Shown here one piece after another: positions 1 through 12,049 of a DNA stretch of 64,000 bases. The stretch comes from Eledone cirrhosa. Its lineage: Eukaryota. The stretch is taken from positions 38,068,001 through 38,132,000 of the forward strand of contig OZ024752.1 of the NCBI GenBank assembly GCA_964016885.1, written 5' to 3'. The position numbers and the translations under genes were made by a program. The stretch's first letter is position 1. Every line of letters begins with the position of its first letter. The notes under the pieces were generated by a model, which was not told the origin of the DNA, searched no databases, and worked only from the letters and a program-made list of their open reading frames with translations.

Positions 1-1535
1 TCTTCCTTATTATCGTCATCATCTTCCTTATTATCGTCATCATCTTCCTTATTATCGTCATCATCTTTCTTATTATCGTCATCATCTTTCTTATTATCGT
101 CATCATCTTCCTTATTATCGTCATCATCTTCCTTATTATCGTCATCATCTTCCTTATTATCGTCATCATCTTTCTTATTATCGTCATCATCTTCCTTATT
201 ATCGTCATCATCTTCCTTATTATCGTCATCATCTTCCTTATTATCGTCATCATCTTCCTTATTATCGTCATCATCTTCCTTATTATCGTCATCATCTTTC
301 TTATTATCGTCATCATCTTCCTTATTATCGTCATCATCTTCCTTATTATCGTCATCATCTTCCTTATTATCGTCATCATCTTTCTTATTATCGTCATCAT
401 CTTTCTTATTATCGTCATCATCTTCCTTATTATCGTCATCATCTTCCTTATTATCGTCATCATCTTCCTTATTATCGTCATCATCTTTCTTATTATCGTC
501 ATCATCTTCCTTATTATCGTCATCATCTTCCTTATTATCGTCATCATCTTCCTTATTATCGTCATCATCTTCCTTATTATCGTCATCATCTTCCTTATTA
601 TCGTCATCATCTTTCTTATTATCGTCATCATCTTCCTTATTATCGTCATCATCTTCCTTATTATCGTCATCATCTTCCTTATTATCGTCATCATCTTTCT
701 TATTATCGTCATCATCTTTCTTATTATCGTCATCATCTTCCTTATTATCGTCATCATCTTCCTTATTATCGTCATCATCTTCCTTATTATCGTCATCATC
801 TTTCTTATTATCGTCATCATCTTCCTTATTATCGTCATCATCTTCCTTATTATCGTCATCATCTTCCTTATTATCGTCATCATCTTCCTTATTATCGTCA
901 TCATCTTCCTTATTATCGTCATCATCTTTCTTATTATCGTCATCATCTTCCTTATTATCGTCATCATCTTCCTTATTATCGTCATCATCTTCCTTATTAT
1001 CGTCATCATCTTTCTTATTATCGTCATCATCTTTCTTATTATCGTCATCATCTTCCTTATTATCGTCATCATCTTCCTTATTATCGTCATCATCTTCCTT
1101 ATTATCGTCATCATCTTTCTTATTATCGTCATCATCTTCCTTATTATCGTCATCATCTTCCTTATTATCGTCATCATCTTCCTTATTATCGTCATCATCT
1201 TCCTTATTATCGTCATCATCTTTCTTATTATCGTCATCATCTTCCTTATTATCGTCATCATCTTCCTTATTATCGTCATCATCTTCCTTATTATCGTCAT
1301 CATCTTTCTTATTATCGTCATCATCTTTCTTATTATCGTCATCATCTTCCTTATTATCGTCATCATCTTCCTTATTATCGTCATCATCTTCCTTATTATC
1401 GTCATCATCTTTCTTATTATCGTCATCATCTTCCTTATTATCGTCATCATCTTCCTTATTATCGTCATCATCTTCCTTATTATCGTCATCATCTTCCTTA
1501 TTATCGTCATCATCTTCCTTATTATCGTCATCATC
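1..1535. repeat. 21-bp minisatellite (TCTTCCTTATTATCGTCATCA)n, ~73 units, runs off the window start
   Basis: Exact 21-bp period with a single C/T variant site; grades into TCA/TCG triplets at 1536-1565. Confidence 0.97.
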
Positions 1536-1629
1536 TTTGTTGTCATCATCGTTGTCGTTGTCATCAAATTTATTGGACAAAATGTTAGACTTTACATGCA
1601 GCCAATGTCAAAAGTATTCATTATTACCA

Positions 1630-3075
1630 ACCATCACCACCACACATCACCCCCATCTACACCATCACCACCACACATCACCCCCATCTACACCATCACC
1701 ACCACCACCACTACCACCTACACCACCACACATCACCCCCATCTACACCATCACCACCACCACCACTACCACCTACACCATCACACATCACACCCATCTA
1801 CACCATTACCAGCCTCCACCATCACCACCACCACCACCACCACCACCTACACCATCACCCCCATCTACACGATTACCAGCCTCCACCATCACCACCACCA
1901 CCACACATCACCCCCATCTACACCATCACACATCACCCCCACCCCCACCACCACACATCACCCCCATCTACACCATTACCAGCCTCCACCACCACCACCA
2001 CCACCATCACACATCACCACCACCACCTACACCATCACACATCACCCCCATCTACACCATTACCAGCCTCCACCATCACCACCACCACCACACATCACCC
2101 CCACCCCCACCTACACCACCACACATCACCCCCATCTACACCATTACCAGCCTCCACCATCACCACCACCACCACACATCACCCCCACCCCCACCTACAC
2201 CACCACACATCACCCCCATCTACACCATTACCAGCCTCCACCATCACCACCACCACCACACATCACCCCCACCCCCACCTACACCACCACACATCACCCC
2301 CATCTACACCATTACCAGCCTCCACCATCACCACCACCACCACACATCACCCCCACCCCCACCTACACCACCACACATCACCCCCATCTACACCATTACC
2401 AGCCTCCACCACCACCACCACCACCATCACACATCACCACCACCACCTACACCATCACACATCACCCCCATCTACACCATTACCAGCCTCCACCACCACC
2501 ACCACCACCATCACACATCACCCCCATCTACACCATCACCACCACCACCTACACCACCACACATCACCCCCATCTACACCATTACCAGCCTCCACCATCA
2601 CCACCACCACCACCATCACACATCACCCCCATCTACACCATCACCACCACCACCTACACCATCACACATCACCCCCACCTACACCACCACACATCACCCC
2701 CATCTACACCATTACCAGCCTCCACCACCACCACCATCACACATCACCCCCATCTACACCATTACCAGCCTCCACCACCACCACCACCACTACCTACACC
2801 ATCACCCCCATCTACACCATTACCAGCCTCCACTATCACCACCACCACCACCTACACCATCACACATCACCCCCATCTACACCATTACCAGCCTCCACCA
2901 TCACCACCATCACACATCACACCCATCTACACCATTACCAGCCTCCACCACCACTATCACCCTCCTACACCACTATCATCCCCGCCACCACCACTATCAC
3001 CCCCTACACTACTATCCCTCCACCACTGCCACTACCACCTCCCCCATCTATACCGTTATCAGCTGCCCCACCACC
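1630..3075. repeat. CAC/ACC-rich composite tandem repeat
   Basis: Recurrent blocks CACACATCACCCCCATCTACACCATTACCAGCCTCCACCATCACC with variable (CAC)n; explains the His/Pro/Thr ORFs. Confidence 0.9.
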
Positions 3076-3249
3076 ATTATTCTCACTGTTTCAATGAATT
3101 CACCATCATCATCATCATCGTTTTAACATTCGTTTTATATGCTAGCCAGGGTTGGATGGGTCTACATAGACCAAGTCCCAAGTCAGTATTGAAGTGGGGG
3201 CTACTGACCCCCTCTCCCCTAGATAGGCCAGTGGGATTTGCGTCTCACT

Positions 3250-3950
3250 TACGACCTCTCTTGAAATTCTCTATCACATGAAACCACATTAGCAAGACAG
3301 TTTTGAAAAGTACGAAACAGCACCAGCACTGCATCACATTAAAAATTAAAGTCTCTGGGTTAAATACTGCAAATGTTTATAACAGTATGTTCACTAGCAA
3401 AGATACTGTAAACATTTGAATTGAAAAAAACATTGTAGATATCGTCTGCTAAATTATTACAGAGAGTTAAGTATTAAATAAAGTCTATTGCAGAGAAATT
3501 TGTTTATTTTCGTAAATTTTTGTTAGATATTTTCTGCTAAACCATTACAGGGTGTTAACAGTTAAATAAAGACTGCAGTGAAATTGTGTATATTTTGATC
3601 ATATTTTTTAAAGATATCTTCTGCTAAATCATTACAGAGAGTTAAGTGTTAAATAAAGTCTATTGCAGAGAAATTTGTTTATTTTCGTAAATTTTTGTTA
3701 GATATTTTCTGCTAAACCATTACAGGGTGTTAACAGTTAAATAAAGACTGCAGTGAAATTGTGTATATTTTGATCATATTTTTTAAAGATATCTTCTGCT
3801 AAATCATTACAGGGTGTTAACAGACTATGGCAATGAAATTATGAATAGTTTGGTCAATTTTTTAGCTATCTTCTGCTAAATCATTACAAAGAGTTAAGTG
3901 TTGAATAGAGACTACTGCAGTGAAATTTTGTATATTTTGATCATATATTT
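3250..3950 (+). mobile_element. Decayed TTAA-type MITE whose right end is tandemly repeated
   Basis: CATGAAACCACATTAG...AAATTAAAGTC...TCTGCTAAATTATTACAG..GTTAA matches 23968-24392; end module recurs about 6 times. Confidence 0.6.
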
Positions 3951-5130
3951 TATTGTTTAATGTTTTATTGTTTATTCAAGAAATATATCTGCATTGTAAA
4001 TAAAAATTTGTAAAAAGATAATTTGGAATGAAATGGTGAATGGATGTGACCATGTCTTATTCATTACAAACTATATTAACCTTCGACTTGACCCAAGAAA
4101 TATATATGTATTTTTAATTAGCAGCACTTTTCATCATCATTATCAACAACGTCATTCAACATATGTTCTTTCATGCAGGTTTAATCGAAAGGGACGGGGG
4201 GGGAGGGGGGGGGGGCATATGAACCAAGTTAGGTATGAATAATTGAAGAATAGATTAAAACGAAGTTAAAAACCTCAAAGGGGATAAGTCAAATAACTGT
4301 CATGCTGATAGATACTAATAAGCAATAGCTAGGACTGGGTGAAATAGAAGTAAATTAGGTGGACTAAAAATTATGTGTACAAAAAAAATGTCTCCTTTTT
4401 CTCCCATCTATTTTCACCTTTAAACATGTTTGCCCTGGAACAAGGCAACCCCCCTAATGTTGGTGCTCCATTAAAATACACTTTGTACTCTCCATGAAGT
4501 GGTTGGCATTTGAACAGTTACAACATAAGGTAGGGAGGACTCCTCGGTCAAGTACTGATGCTACAATAAAATGCACCCAGTATATGCTGTAAAGGGGTTG
4601 GAATTTGGAAGGGCATCCAAGCCATAGAAACCATCTCACTATTCCCAGTCATTTTTACCCAGAATGTTGGCCATCTGGATCTCCCTCCCTGCTCATGTTT
4701 CTCCAATAGTCATCAACTTGTGACAGTATAAGCAGTACATCAACGATATCTATTTCACCAGTCTTAGATAGCCTGTGAACGACATGAGCACTGCCTCTTC
4801 CTCCAGACCTAGCAAAACAACAACAAAATGCTGGCTTTGATTAAATCAACTATGCACTTCGCTCCAAAATCTTAGACCTTGTTTATCTATATTAGAAATA
4901 ACCAGTCAGGACCATGAGACAAACTGATCAGAAGTTAGCAAACCAATCTCTTTATTTTCTGTACCTTTTCCACCAGTCTGATACAATTCATTCTAATCAA
5001 GTCAACAAGGTAGCCTCTATGGAGTCACTTGGGCCTAGTAGAAATAACAGACAAATCCTCCTCAAATCACTCTACTGTTTTAAAAGAAGCAGTGGCTATC
5101 TGAGAAAGGGAGTTCATTGGATAATGTGCA

Positions 5131-5480
5131 TGGGTCGGCTGAAAATCATGCTCTAACATCACTCCTTCATAGGCTGACCAAGATACTCTTGTGGAATAAC
5201 AAAATGAGGTTTATTTTTCAACATAGTTTCTGGAAAGAAACAATGCAGTTAGTTATAAGAAGAGTTGAAATAAATGCATGCAAGATTTCACAGCTCTAGC
5301 ATCACTCCTTCATAGGCTGACCAAGATACATTCAATGACCAAATGAGGTTTATTTCTCAACATAGTCCCTGGAAAGAAACAATGCAATTATTATTATTAT
5401 GAAGAAGAGTTGAAATTAATGCATGCAAGATTTCACAGCTCTAGTAACATTCCTTCATAGTCAGCCTGTGAATATTTCAG
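5131..5480 (+). mobile_element. Mariner-like MITE with internal duplication
   Basis: Family TIR CGAGGGTCGGCTGAAAAGTTCATAGGCTGAC / GTCAGCCTATGAACTTTTCAGCCGACCCTCG flanked by TA. Other copies at ~8990-9125, 24027-24228, 26196-26594, 29927-30287, 39370-39450, 49690-50062, 55017-55185. Confidence 0.7.
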
Positions 5481-5869
5481 ACGGCCATCATAGTTTTAGG
5501 CATATTATGTTTGAAAATGAGATAAGCTGGTTATGCTGCTATGTCTTTGATCATAGAGACTCTAGTTCATGTGATCTGCAGCTCACATGAAATAGAAGTA
5601 ATTTTTATTTTTTACAAGGTTGTTTGTGACAGGTTGATGAATGTACTTTAACACAAGGTATTATCAGTGAGTGTTTAAGTTTAGATTCATGACCCCAAAA
5701 AGTCACCGGTTTACTTGTCAGTCATTGTTATTTTTAATTATTTCATAAGAAATCTGACAAAGTAAAAATGCAAGTATCATGTATTTCTTTTTTTATTTCT
5801 TTCACGTCACAGTTTGATTGTTCACCTGTAATTATCCTTTTAGTGGATATGCATCTAATTATCATTTTA

Positions 5870-6550
5870 ATCATCATCATCGTTTATGTCAGCTTTTCCA
5901 TGCTTGCATAGGTTGGATGGGTTCTTTCCAGTATGTCCTCTCTCCAATCAACTTCGTCCTTCCTCTGTCATCTCCTCTCTCCAATCAACTCCGTCCTTCC
6001 TCTGTCATCTCCTCTCTCCAATCAACTCCGTCCTTCCTCTGTCATCTCCTCTCTCCAATCAACTCCGTCCTTCCTCTGTCATCTCCTCTTTCCAATCAAC
6101 TCCGTCCTTCCTCTGTCATCTCCTCTCTCCAATCAACTCCGTCCTTCCTCTGTCATCTCCTCTCTCCAATCAACTCCGTCCTTCCTCTGTCATCTCCTCT
6201 CTCCAATCAACTCCGTCCTTCCTCTGTCATCTCCTCTCTCCAATCAACTCCGTCCTTCCTCTGTCATCTCCTCTCTCCAATCAACTCCGTCCTTCCTCTG
6301 TCATCTCCTCTCTCCAATCAACTCCGTCCTTCCTCTGTCATCTCCTCTCTCCAATCAACTCCGTCCTTCCTCTGTCATCTCCTCTCTCAGATTCAGTGAC
6401 TTGAGATCAGCTCTCACAAACTCTACTTCTACCTAGATCTTCCTGGGTTTTCCTCTACCACAGCTCGCATCCACCGGGATTTCTTGGCACTTCTTCATCC
6501 AATGCTCATCATCCATACACATCACAGTCGTCTCTCCTGCACACTACATA
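5870..6550 (-). mobile_element. RTE-clade LINE 3' fragment with (GAT)n tail
   Basis: Minus translation VMCMDDEHWMKKCQEIPVDASCGRGKPRK..VRADLKSLNLREEMT; tail GCATGGAAAAGCTGACATAAACGATGATGATG. Confidence 0.8.
5938..6387. repeat. 37-bp minisatellite, ~12 units, inside the RTE fragment
   Basis: Unit CTCTCTCCAATCAACTCCGTCCTTCCTCTGTCATCTC. Confidence 0.95.
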
Positions 6551-6559
6551 GAAAATATA

Positions 6560-6772
6560 ATTGTTTCTAATTTAGGCACAAAGCCAACGATTTGGGGGGA
6601 AAGGAAAGTCGATTAAATTGACCCCAGTGCATGACTGGTACTTTATTTTATTGAACCTATAAGGATGAAAGGCAAAGCTAACCTCAGTGGGATTTGAACT
6701 CAGAGTGTAAATAGCCATAACTCAATGCCGCGAAGCAGGGTGTCCGATACTCTACCAATACTGCCAATCCAT
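6560..6772 (-). mobile_element. SINE family B
   Basis: Reverse complement of GGATTGGCAGTAT..GAGTTCAAATCCC..CTTTGCCTTTCATCCTTA..AAATAAAGTACCAGT. Confidence 0.85.
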
Positions 6773-7794
6773 GTAATCTATTATAAGTATATGCACTACC
6801 CATGCTCTAGCCTCCTACCAAATGCAATTATCTCTACTCTATTCTATACATTACATTCTTACTAAATCCACTCCCCACTAAAACCTACACACAACATTTT
6901 ACTCCACCATTTCTCCTCAGAATTGCAACAGTTTTCTAATATTCCCATTTTTTGTTGTTCACCTACAAGGAGTTGTCACTGGTAGATAGTATCAGCAATG
7001 GAAAGACCAATGGAAACATCGATTCCTCGGTCCGATTTGATGAGTTCCACCCCACTCGGTACGCGAATGAGGTTTGCGATCTTGTCGATCAATTCAATCA
7101 ATCGATCAATCATCTGGGATATCCAATGTATTTTTATTATCTTCAGGGATACTGGGGGGATTTGATTTTGAAGGATGAGGTCCGAGATCTTGTCGATCAA
7201 TTTGATTGATCAATTTGATTGATCAATTTGATTGATCAATCGATCATCAGGGATATCTATCTAGAACTACATTATCTAACATATATTTCATATCTTCAGA
7301 GACCCCAAGATTCAATTTGAGGGAGATTAGGCTTCTATCTCTAGCAGGTAAAGCTGACATATGGAGGCTTCCTCTACAGTTTTCTATACATACCAATACA
7401 CGGAAATTCACGCAGTATTAAGTGTATAGAGCACTCTATTGTTTAGACTATCCTGCACACCATGAATGTTGTCAACTGTAATGAGGCTTGAATTCATTGC
7501 CACGTAATCGGCGATGATACATAACTGCAACCACATTTTAATTTTACGCTTCATTACATAAGGAATACTTTTTAAACCTGTTTCTCTCATTTTTTTTAAT
7601 ATACATTCATGTGTAAAAATCCACTTCAAACAAAAAAAGAATTTCATCTTTTAAAAATGAGAGAATAAAATTACCTGTTAATTTGCAAATCCACTCCTAT
7701 ATTTGTAATGAGATAAAAACACCCAACAAAACAAGACAAACAATACTGTCTTACAAAATGTACACATTGATGTTAAAACCAGTTACAATAAAAC

Positions 7795-8825
7795 GACCTT
7801 GATGCTTTCGCTGTAAACCTGGGTACTGCCACCCACAATGCAGAGAAAAAGCAAGGTAAACAAATACTAGAGTTCATCTGACAGCTTCCTTTTTGTACCA
7901 GTTGCTGACGAGACATCTGGTGTCCTTGGTCCCCACACCACAAACCTGGGTACCGCACCACAAACCTGGGTATTGCCACCCACAATGCAGAGGAGAGGAA
8001 GGTAAACAAATACTGGGGCATGACCAACCACTTTCTTTTCATACTGGTTGCCGTTTTCATACTTGGCCCTCGGATTGCTTTCAAGACCTCTGGAGTCCTT
8101 GGTCTTTGGACTGCCTTCAAGACCTCTGGTGTCCTTGGTCTTTGGACTGCCTTCAAGACCTCTGGTGTCCTTGGTCTTTGGACTGCCTTCAAGACCTCTG
8201 GTGTCCTTGGTCTTTGGACTGCCTTCAAGACCTCTGGTGTCCTTGGTCTTTGGACTGCCTTCAAGACCTCTGGTGTCCTTGGTCTTTGGACTGCCTTCAA
8301 GACCTCTGGTGTCCTTGGTCTTCGGACTGCCATCAAGACCTCTGGTGTCCTTGGTCTTTGGACTGCCTTCAAGACCTCTGGTGTCCTTGGTCTTTGGACT
8401 GCCTTCAAGACCTCTGGTGTCCTTGGTCTTTGGACTGCTTTCAAGACCTCTGGTGTCCTTGGTCTTCGGACTGCCTTCAAGACCTTTGGTGTCCTTGGCC
8501 CTCGGACTGCCATCAAGACCTCTGGTGTCCTTGGCCCTCGGACTGCCATCAAGACCTCTGGTGTCCTTGGTCTTTGGACTGCCTTCAAGACCTCTGGTGT
8601 CCTTGGTCTTTGGACTGCCTTCAAGACCTCTGGTGTCCTTGGCCCTCGGACTGCCATCAAGACCTCTGGTGTCCTTGGCCCCCACACTGCTGATTTCCTC
8701 TATAAAATAGGAAAGACAGCTCACCATCCAAAAATGGGACCTCATGATGTGGGGTGGCTGTTACAGTGAGTGTCGCTAGCCATTCTCTATGGCACTGACT
8801 TTGCCATTCTATCTACAGGGCATGG
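7795..8825 (+). pseudogene. CRE-like non-LTR retrotransposon restriction-like endonuclease (RLE) fragment, duplicated and interrupted by a minisatellite
   Basis: NLGTATHNAE../KVNKY..SFLFVPVADETSGVLGP and TSGVLGPHTADFLYKIG...GWLLQ*VSLAILYG match the AE..K..KY..F.P.A.ET.G..G....L.QR.S.A..RGN pattern of CRE-type RLE C-termini. Confidence 0.75.
8082..8682. repeat. 36-bp minisatellite, ~17 units
   Basis: Unit CAAGACCTCTGGTGTCCTTGGTCTTTGGACTGCCTT. Confidence 0.95.
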
Positions 8826-9197
8826 CAGAATTTAGGAACTGTCATTAAAGTCAAGAATATGAAATGTATTAAAAAAAACTGCTAAAATAAAATACACACA
8901 TACAGGTAGACAAATACACACACATACACATCATACAGGTATACACATATACACATCATACAAGTATACACATAAACTATAGCAGGGTTTCATTAATTTA
9001 AAATTTCAACTCTTCTTAATCATTGCATTGTTTGTTTTCTTGGACTATGTTGAAAAATAAACCTCATTTGGTCATTCCATGAAAGTATCTTGGTCAGCCT
9101 ATGAACTTTTCAGTTGACCCTCGTAAACAGTTACCAGTTAGAAACTGCATTGTAGTATGCATTGACAGGGCTCTCTCAAACACAAATTTAATATATA

Positions 9198-9408
9198 TTA
9201 ACCCTTTAGAATTTACATTATATATACTAGTGTATTTTCACAGTAAAGGCTTTATCTCACACAGTATCGAATTTATGAGATTTTGATATCATTTATTTTG
9301 AGAACAATACCTTAACATAAGTAAGAGTACCCAGTTATGGCTGGTTTGAACAGAAAGAGGTGAGACAGTTCTGGCCGGATATGGCCGGTTTAAATGCTAA
9401 AGGGTTAA
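9198..9408 (+). mobile_element. piggyBac-like MITE type 1 (TTAA flanks, CCCTTTAG TIR)
   Basis: TTAA-CCCTTTAGAATTTA ... TAAATGCTAAAGGG-TTAA. Other copies at ~32047-32343, 36237-36548, 50524-51118, 55511-55913, 63587-63745. Confidence 0.8.
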
Positions 9409-9619
9409 GGGTTGGTTAAGTCTCTCCTCACTCTTCCTTTTCTACATTATATACCTTCTCCTGTTACAATTTAACCACAAAAACTTTTATGTAAATGATG
9501 CCATTCCTTATCTCACGCTATATGTGCACAGCTTGTGTGTATAGAAACATTGAAAACATATATTGGACATATGACAACCTAATCTCCTCAGACAATTTTA
9601 AAACACAATAACTATTTAC

Positions 9620-9850
9620 ATGAAGGAAATTCCAAGTATTGTTCGCTCTCCGACAGGTTTGCAGTTGAGCCCCTAGCAATGGAGACTTCTGGTGTCCTTG
9701 GCCCTAGGACTACCTCCCCACTTACCACTATAAGTGCTGAGCTGGTGAGCCTTGTGAGATGGAATGGCTCTTCCATCACATCTCCCTTACCATCCTCCGG
9801 GGAAATGCCTTCTCCATTCTGTCCGCCAGGGCCATAGGCCGGCCAGCACA
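9620..9850 (+). pseudogene. CRE-like RLE 3' fragment
   Basis: SKYCSLSDRFAVEPLAMETSGVLGPRT ... GEPCEMEWLFHHISLTILRGNAFSILSAR. Confidence 0.8.
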
Positions 9851-10402
9851 AGGGACCCCATTTGCTCATATTAGTGGGAGATGGGGAGGGCGAGAGAGAT
9901 GGAGGCAATGACAATGGGATTTGGCTCTTCTGTGTACAGACCTGGTGTACATGTATGTGCATGTTTACTGTCTTATCTTATCTAAAGTTTAACTCCCTTA
10001 TTTACACTGTGATGATAGACAGCTACAGTTTGTCATCAAAGACTATGGAAATATTCTAAATAAATATTTTACAGGAAAGTCTTGACATTGAAACCTCTCA
10101 AATTTGTTACAAATGATAGAATCAGCAATTTCTAATCATTTCTCATGGCAATCCTAGATTTTTATGACACAGCTTTCTCTTTAGTGGCAATAAAAAACTT
10201 CAGTTGACACAAGTAGTTGAAGGAAATTTGACTACTATTTATAGCAAGTTGAACAATCACAAAGAAATTCTCTCATAAGCTCAGTTCTGAATCATTAATT
10301 CCTCTACAGAAGTTTAAGATGAACATAGATCACTTGAACCTAAACAGTCAGAAAGTCTGAGGTGACAAATAATATAGGTGACACTCCTTGTTTTCTAGTT
10401 AT

Positions 10403-11054
10403 TAGTGCTGGACTTACCTATAAACTAAATAAGCTATAGCTTAGGACCACATACCTTTGATAAAGAATATATATATATATATAACTTAACATTGATAGAT
10501 TTCAGACAGTATTGGCCCAGGCCATGTCTAACTTAATATCAATGATAGTGAATAAAATCGAAGCTGCAGCTATGGCTAGCATCTCTCGAAAGAACAATCC
10601 TCAGAAGCTTGCAGGAGCACTTGATAAGATGATATCGATAAATCGATAAATTAAATCTTTAACATACGTTAAAGGTGTCACAAATTGAAAACTGTGGCTA
10701 GGTAAAGAATGTCACGACGGCCACAACAACAACGAAAATACGAACAGATTAATATATATATATATAAGGCTTGTATTGGCCGATAATACTTCTTGTTGTT
10801 TTAATTGCACTGATGAGTCCTTAATAGGACGAAACATTGTTGGCTAATAAAGACTTTTGATGTATTGAAGGCTTCTTTGTTTTACTTTCATAATATATAT
10901 ATATATATATATACATCATTTTGCATTGTATTTTACCCAATATATATATATATATATATATAAACCCATGCTAGCGTGGAAAATGGACGTTAAACGAAGA
11001 TGATGATATATATATATATATATACACACACACACCAGTTTGCCATGTATTTTA

Positions 11055-11107
<53 letters not shown>

Positions 11108-11124
11108 TTTGCATTGTATTTTAC

Positions 11125-11161
<37 letters not shown>

Positions 11162-11406
11162 TTATTATATATTATGGAATACTGTTGGTTTCTTGCTACA
11201 ATACTTTCTATACCTTTCATTTATATATATCTTTATTATATATATATATATATATATATTGGCAACATGACGCTCCCAAAGTATAACAATATATATATAT
11301 CTTTATCATATAATTATTAAATATTTTTTACCTCCTAAATTCTTTTTAGAGGAGGGCCTCAAATTTCATACAGCTTAGAGTCTCAGCAGGTGAAAGTCTG
11401 GCCTTG
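10403..11406. mobile_element. hAT-like non-autonomous element with nested insertions
   Basis: Degenerate TIRs TAGTGCTGGACTT / AAGTCTGGCCTTG; 8-bp TSD CTAGTTAT/CTAGTTAA; both ends match 22350-23021 in inverted orientation. Confidence 0.7.
10805..10847 (+). ncRNA. Hammerhead ribozyme motif, stem I degenerate
   Basis: CTGATGA-GTCCT taat AGGAC-GAAAC att GTT; core and stem II canonical, stem I pairing poor. Confidence 0.55.
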
Positions 11407-11535
11407 CTAGTTAATATAGTTATTTATAATTTCAAAAGTATTATTGAAGATGTTACATAATCATTAGCATAGGTAGAAGGGAGGGGTGGTTTGCCCTAAG
11501 CAATACTTTTGATCTGTTGTGTGTATATATATATA

Positions 11536-11905
11536 TAAAATACGTAGTTTAGAAAGCCACAACAATGCAGATGGGAAATCTCGAGGTAGGAAGTGAATGA
11601 TAGATAGGAGAAATAGGAGAAAGTGAAAATTGAGAGAGACAAAGATGAAAACAAAACAAAGGTAGAAGGGAGATTTAATCCCAATATTTCGGGCTCACGC
11701 CCATCAACGGGGGAAAGTTCCAAAAAGGGGGGGGGGGGGGAACAGGCTAAGCCGGAGAAAGTTGTGATGTCGTTAAAACAGGAATCTTTGTCTCTCTCAA
11801 TTTTCACTTTCTCCTATTTCTCCTATCTATCATTCACTTCCTACCTCGAGATTTCCCATCTGCATTGTTGTGGCTTTCTAAACTACGTATTTTACACATT
11901 TCACA

Positions 11906-11910
<5 letters not shown>
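11536..11910. repeat. 111-bp perfect inverted repeat with 137-bp spacer between (TA)n tracts (Penelope-like fold-back)
   Basis: 11536-11646 is the reverse complement of 11784-11894. Confidence 0.85.
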
Positions 11911-11936
<26 letters not shown>

Positions 11937-12024
11937 CAGAGTGTGTGAAAAGAAACGCCCTATTTACACACGCATATATGTGTGTGTGTGTGTGTAAATA
12001 GGGCGTTTCTTTTCACATACCCTC
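11937..12024. mobile_element. Tiny Tc1-like MITE / inverted repeat
   Basis: TGTGAAAAGAAACGCCCTATTTACACAC ... GTGTGTAAATAGGGCGTTTCTTTTCACA, TA flanks. Confidence 0.55.
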
Positions 12025-12049
12025 TATATGTAAGTATGTAAGGGGTCGA

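Noticed and set aside
1537-3281. 529-aa and 561-aa His/Pro/Thr ORFs resembling extensin or mucin
   Set aside because: Open in several frames only because the CAC-rich repeat lacks stops; no domain or splice evidence
7408-7647. 79-aa non-repetitive minus-strand ORF as a host exon
   Set aside because: No recognisable motif or convincing splice signals; cannot be excluded without RNA data
7773-8769. Five overlapping 220-304-aa ORFs as host genes
   Set aside because: Produced by a 36-bp stop-free array inside a decayed retrotransposon fragment
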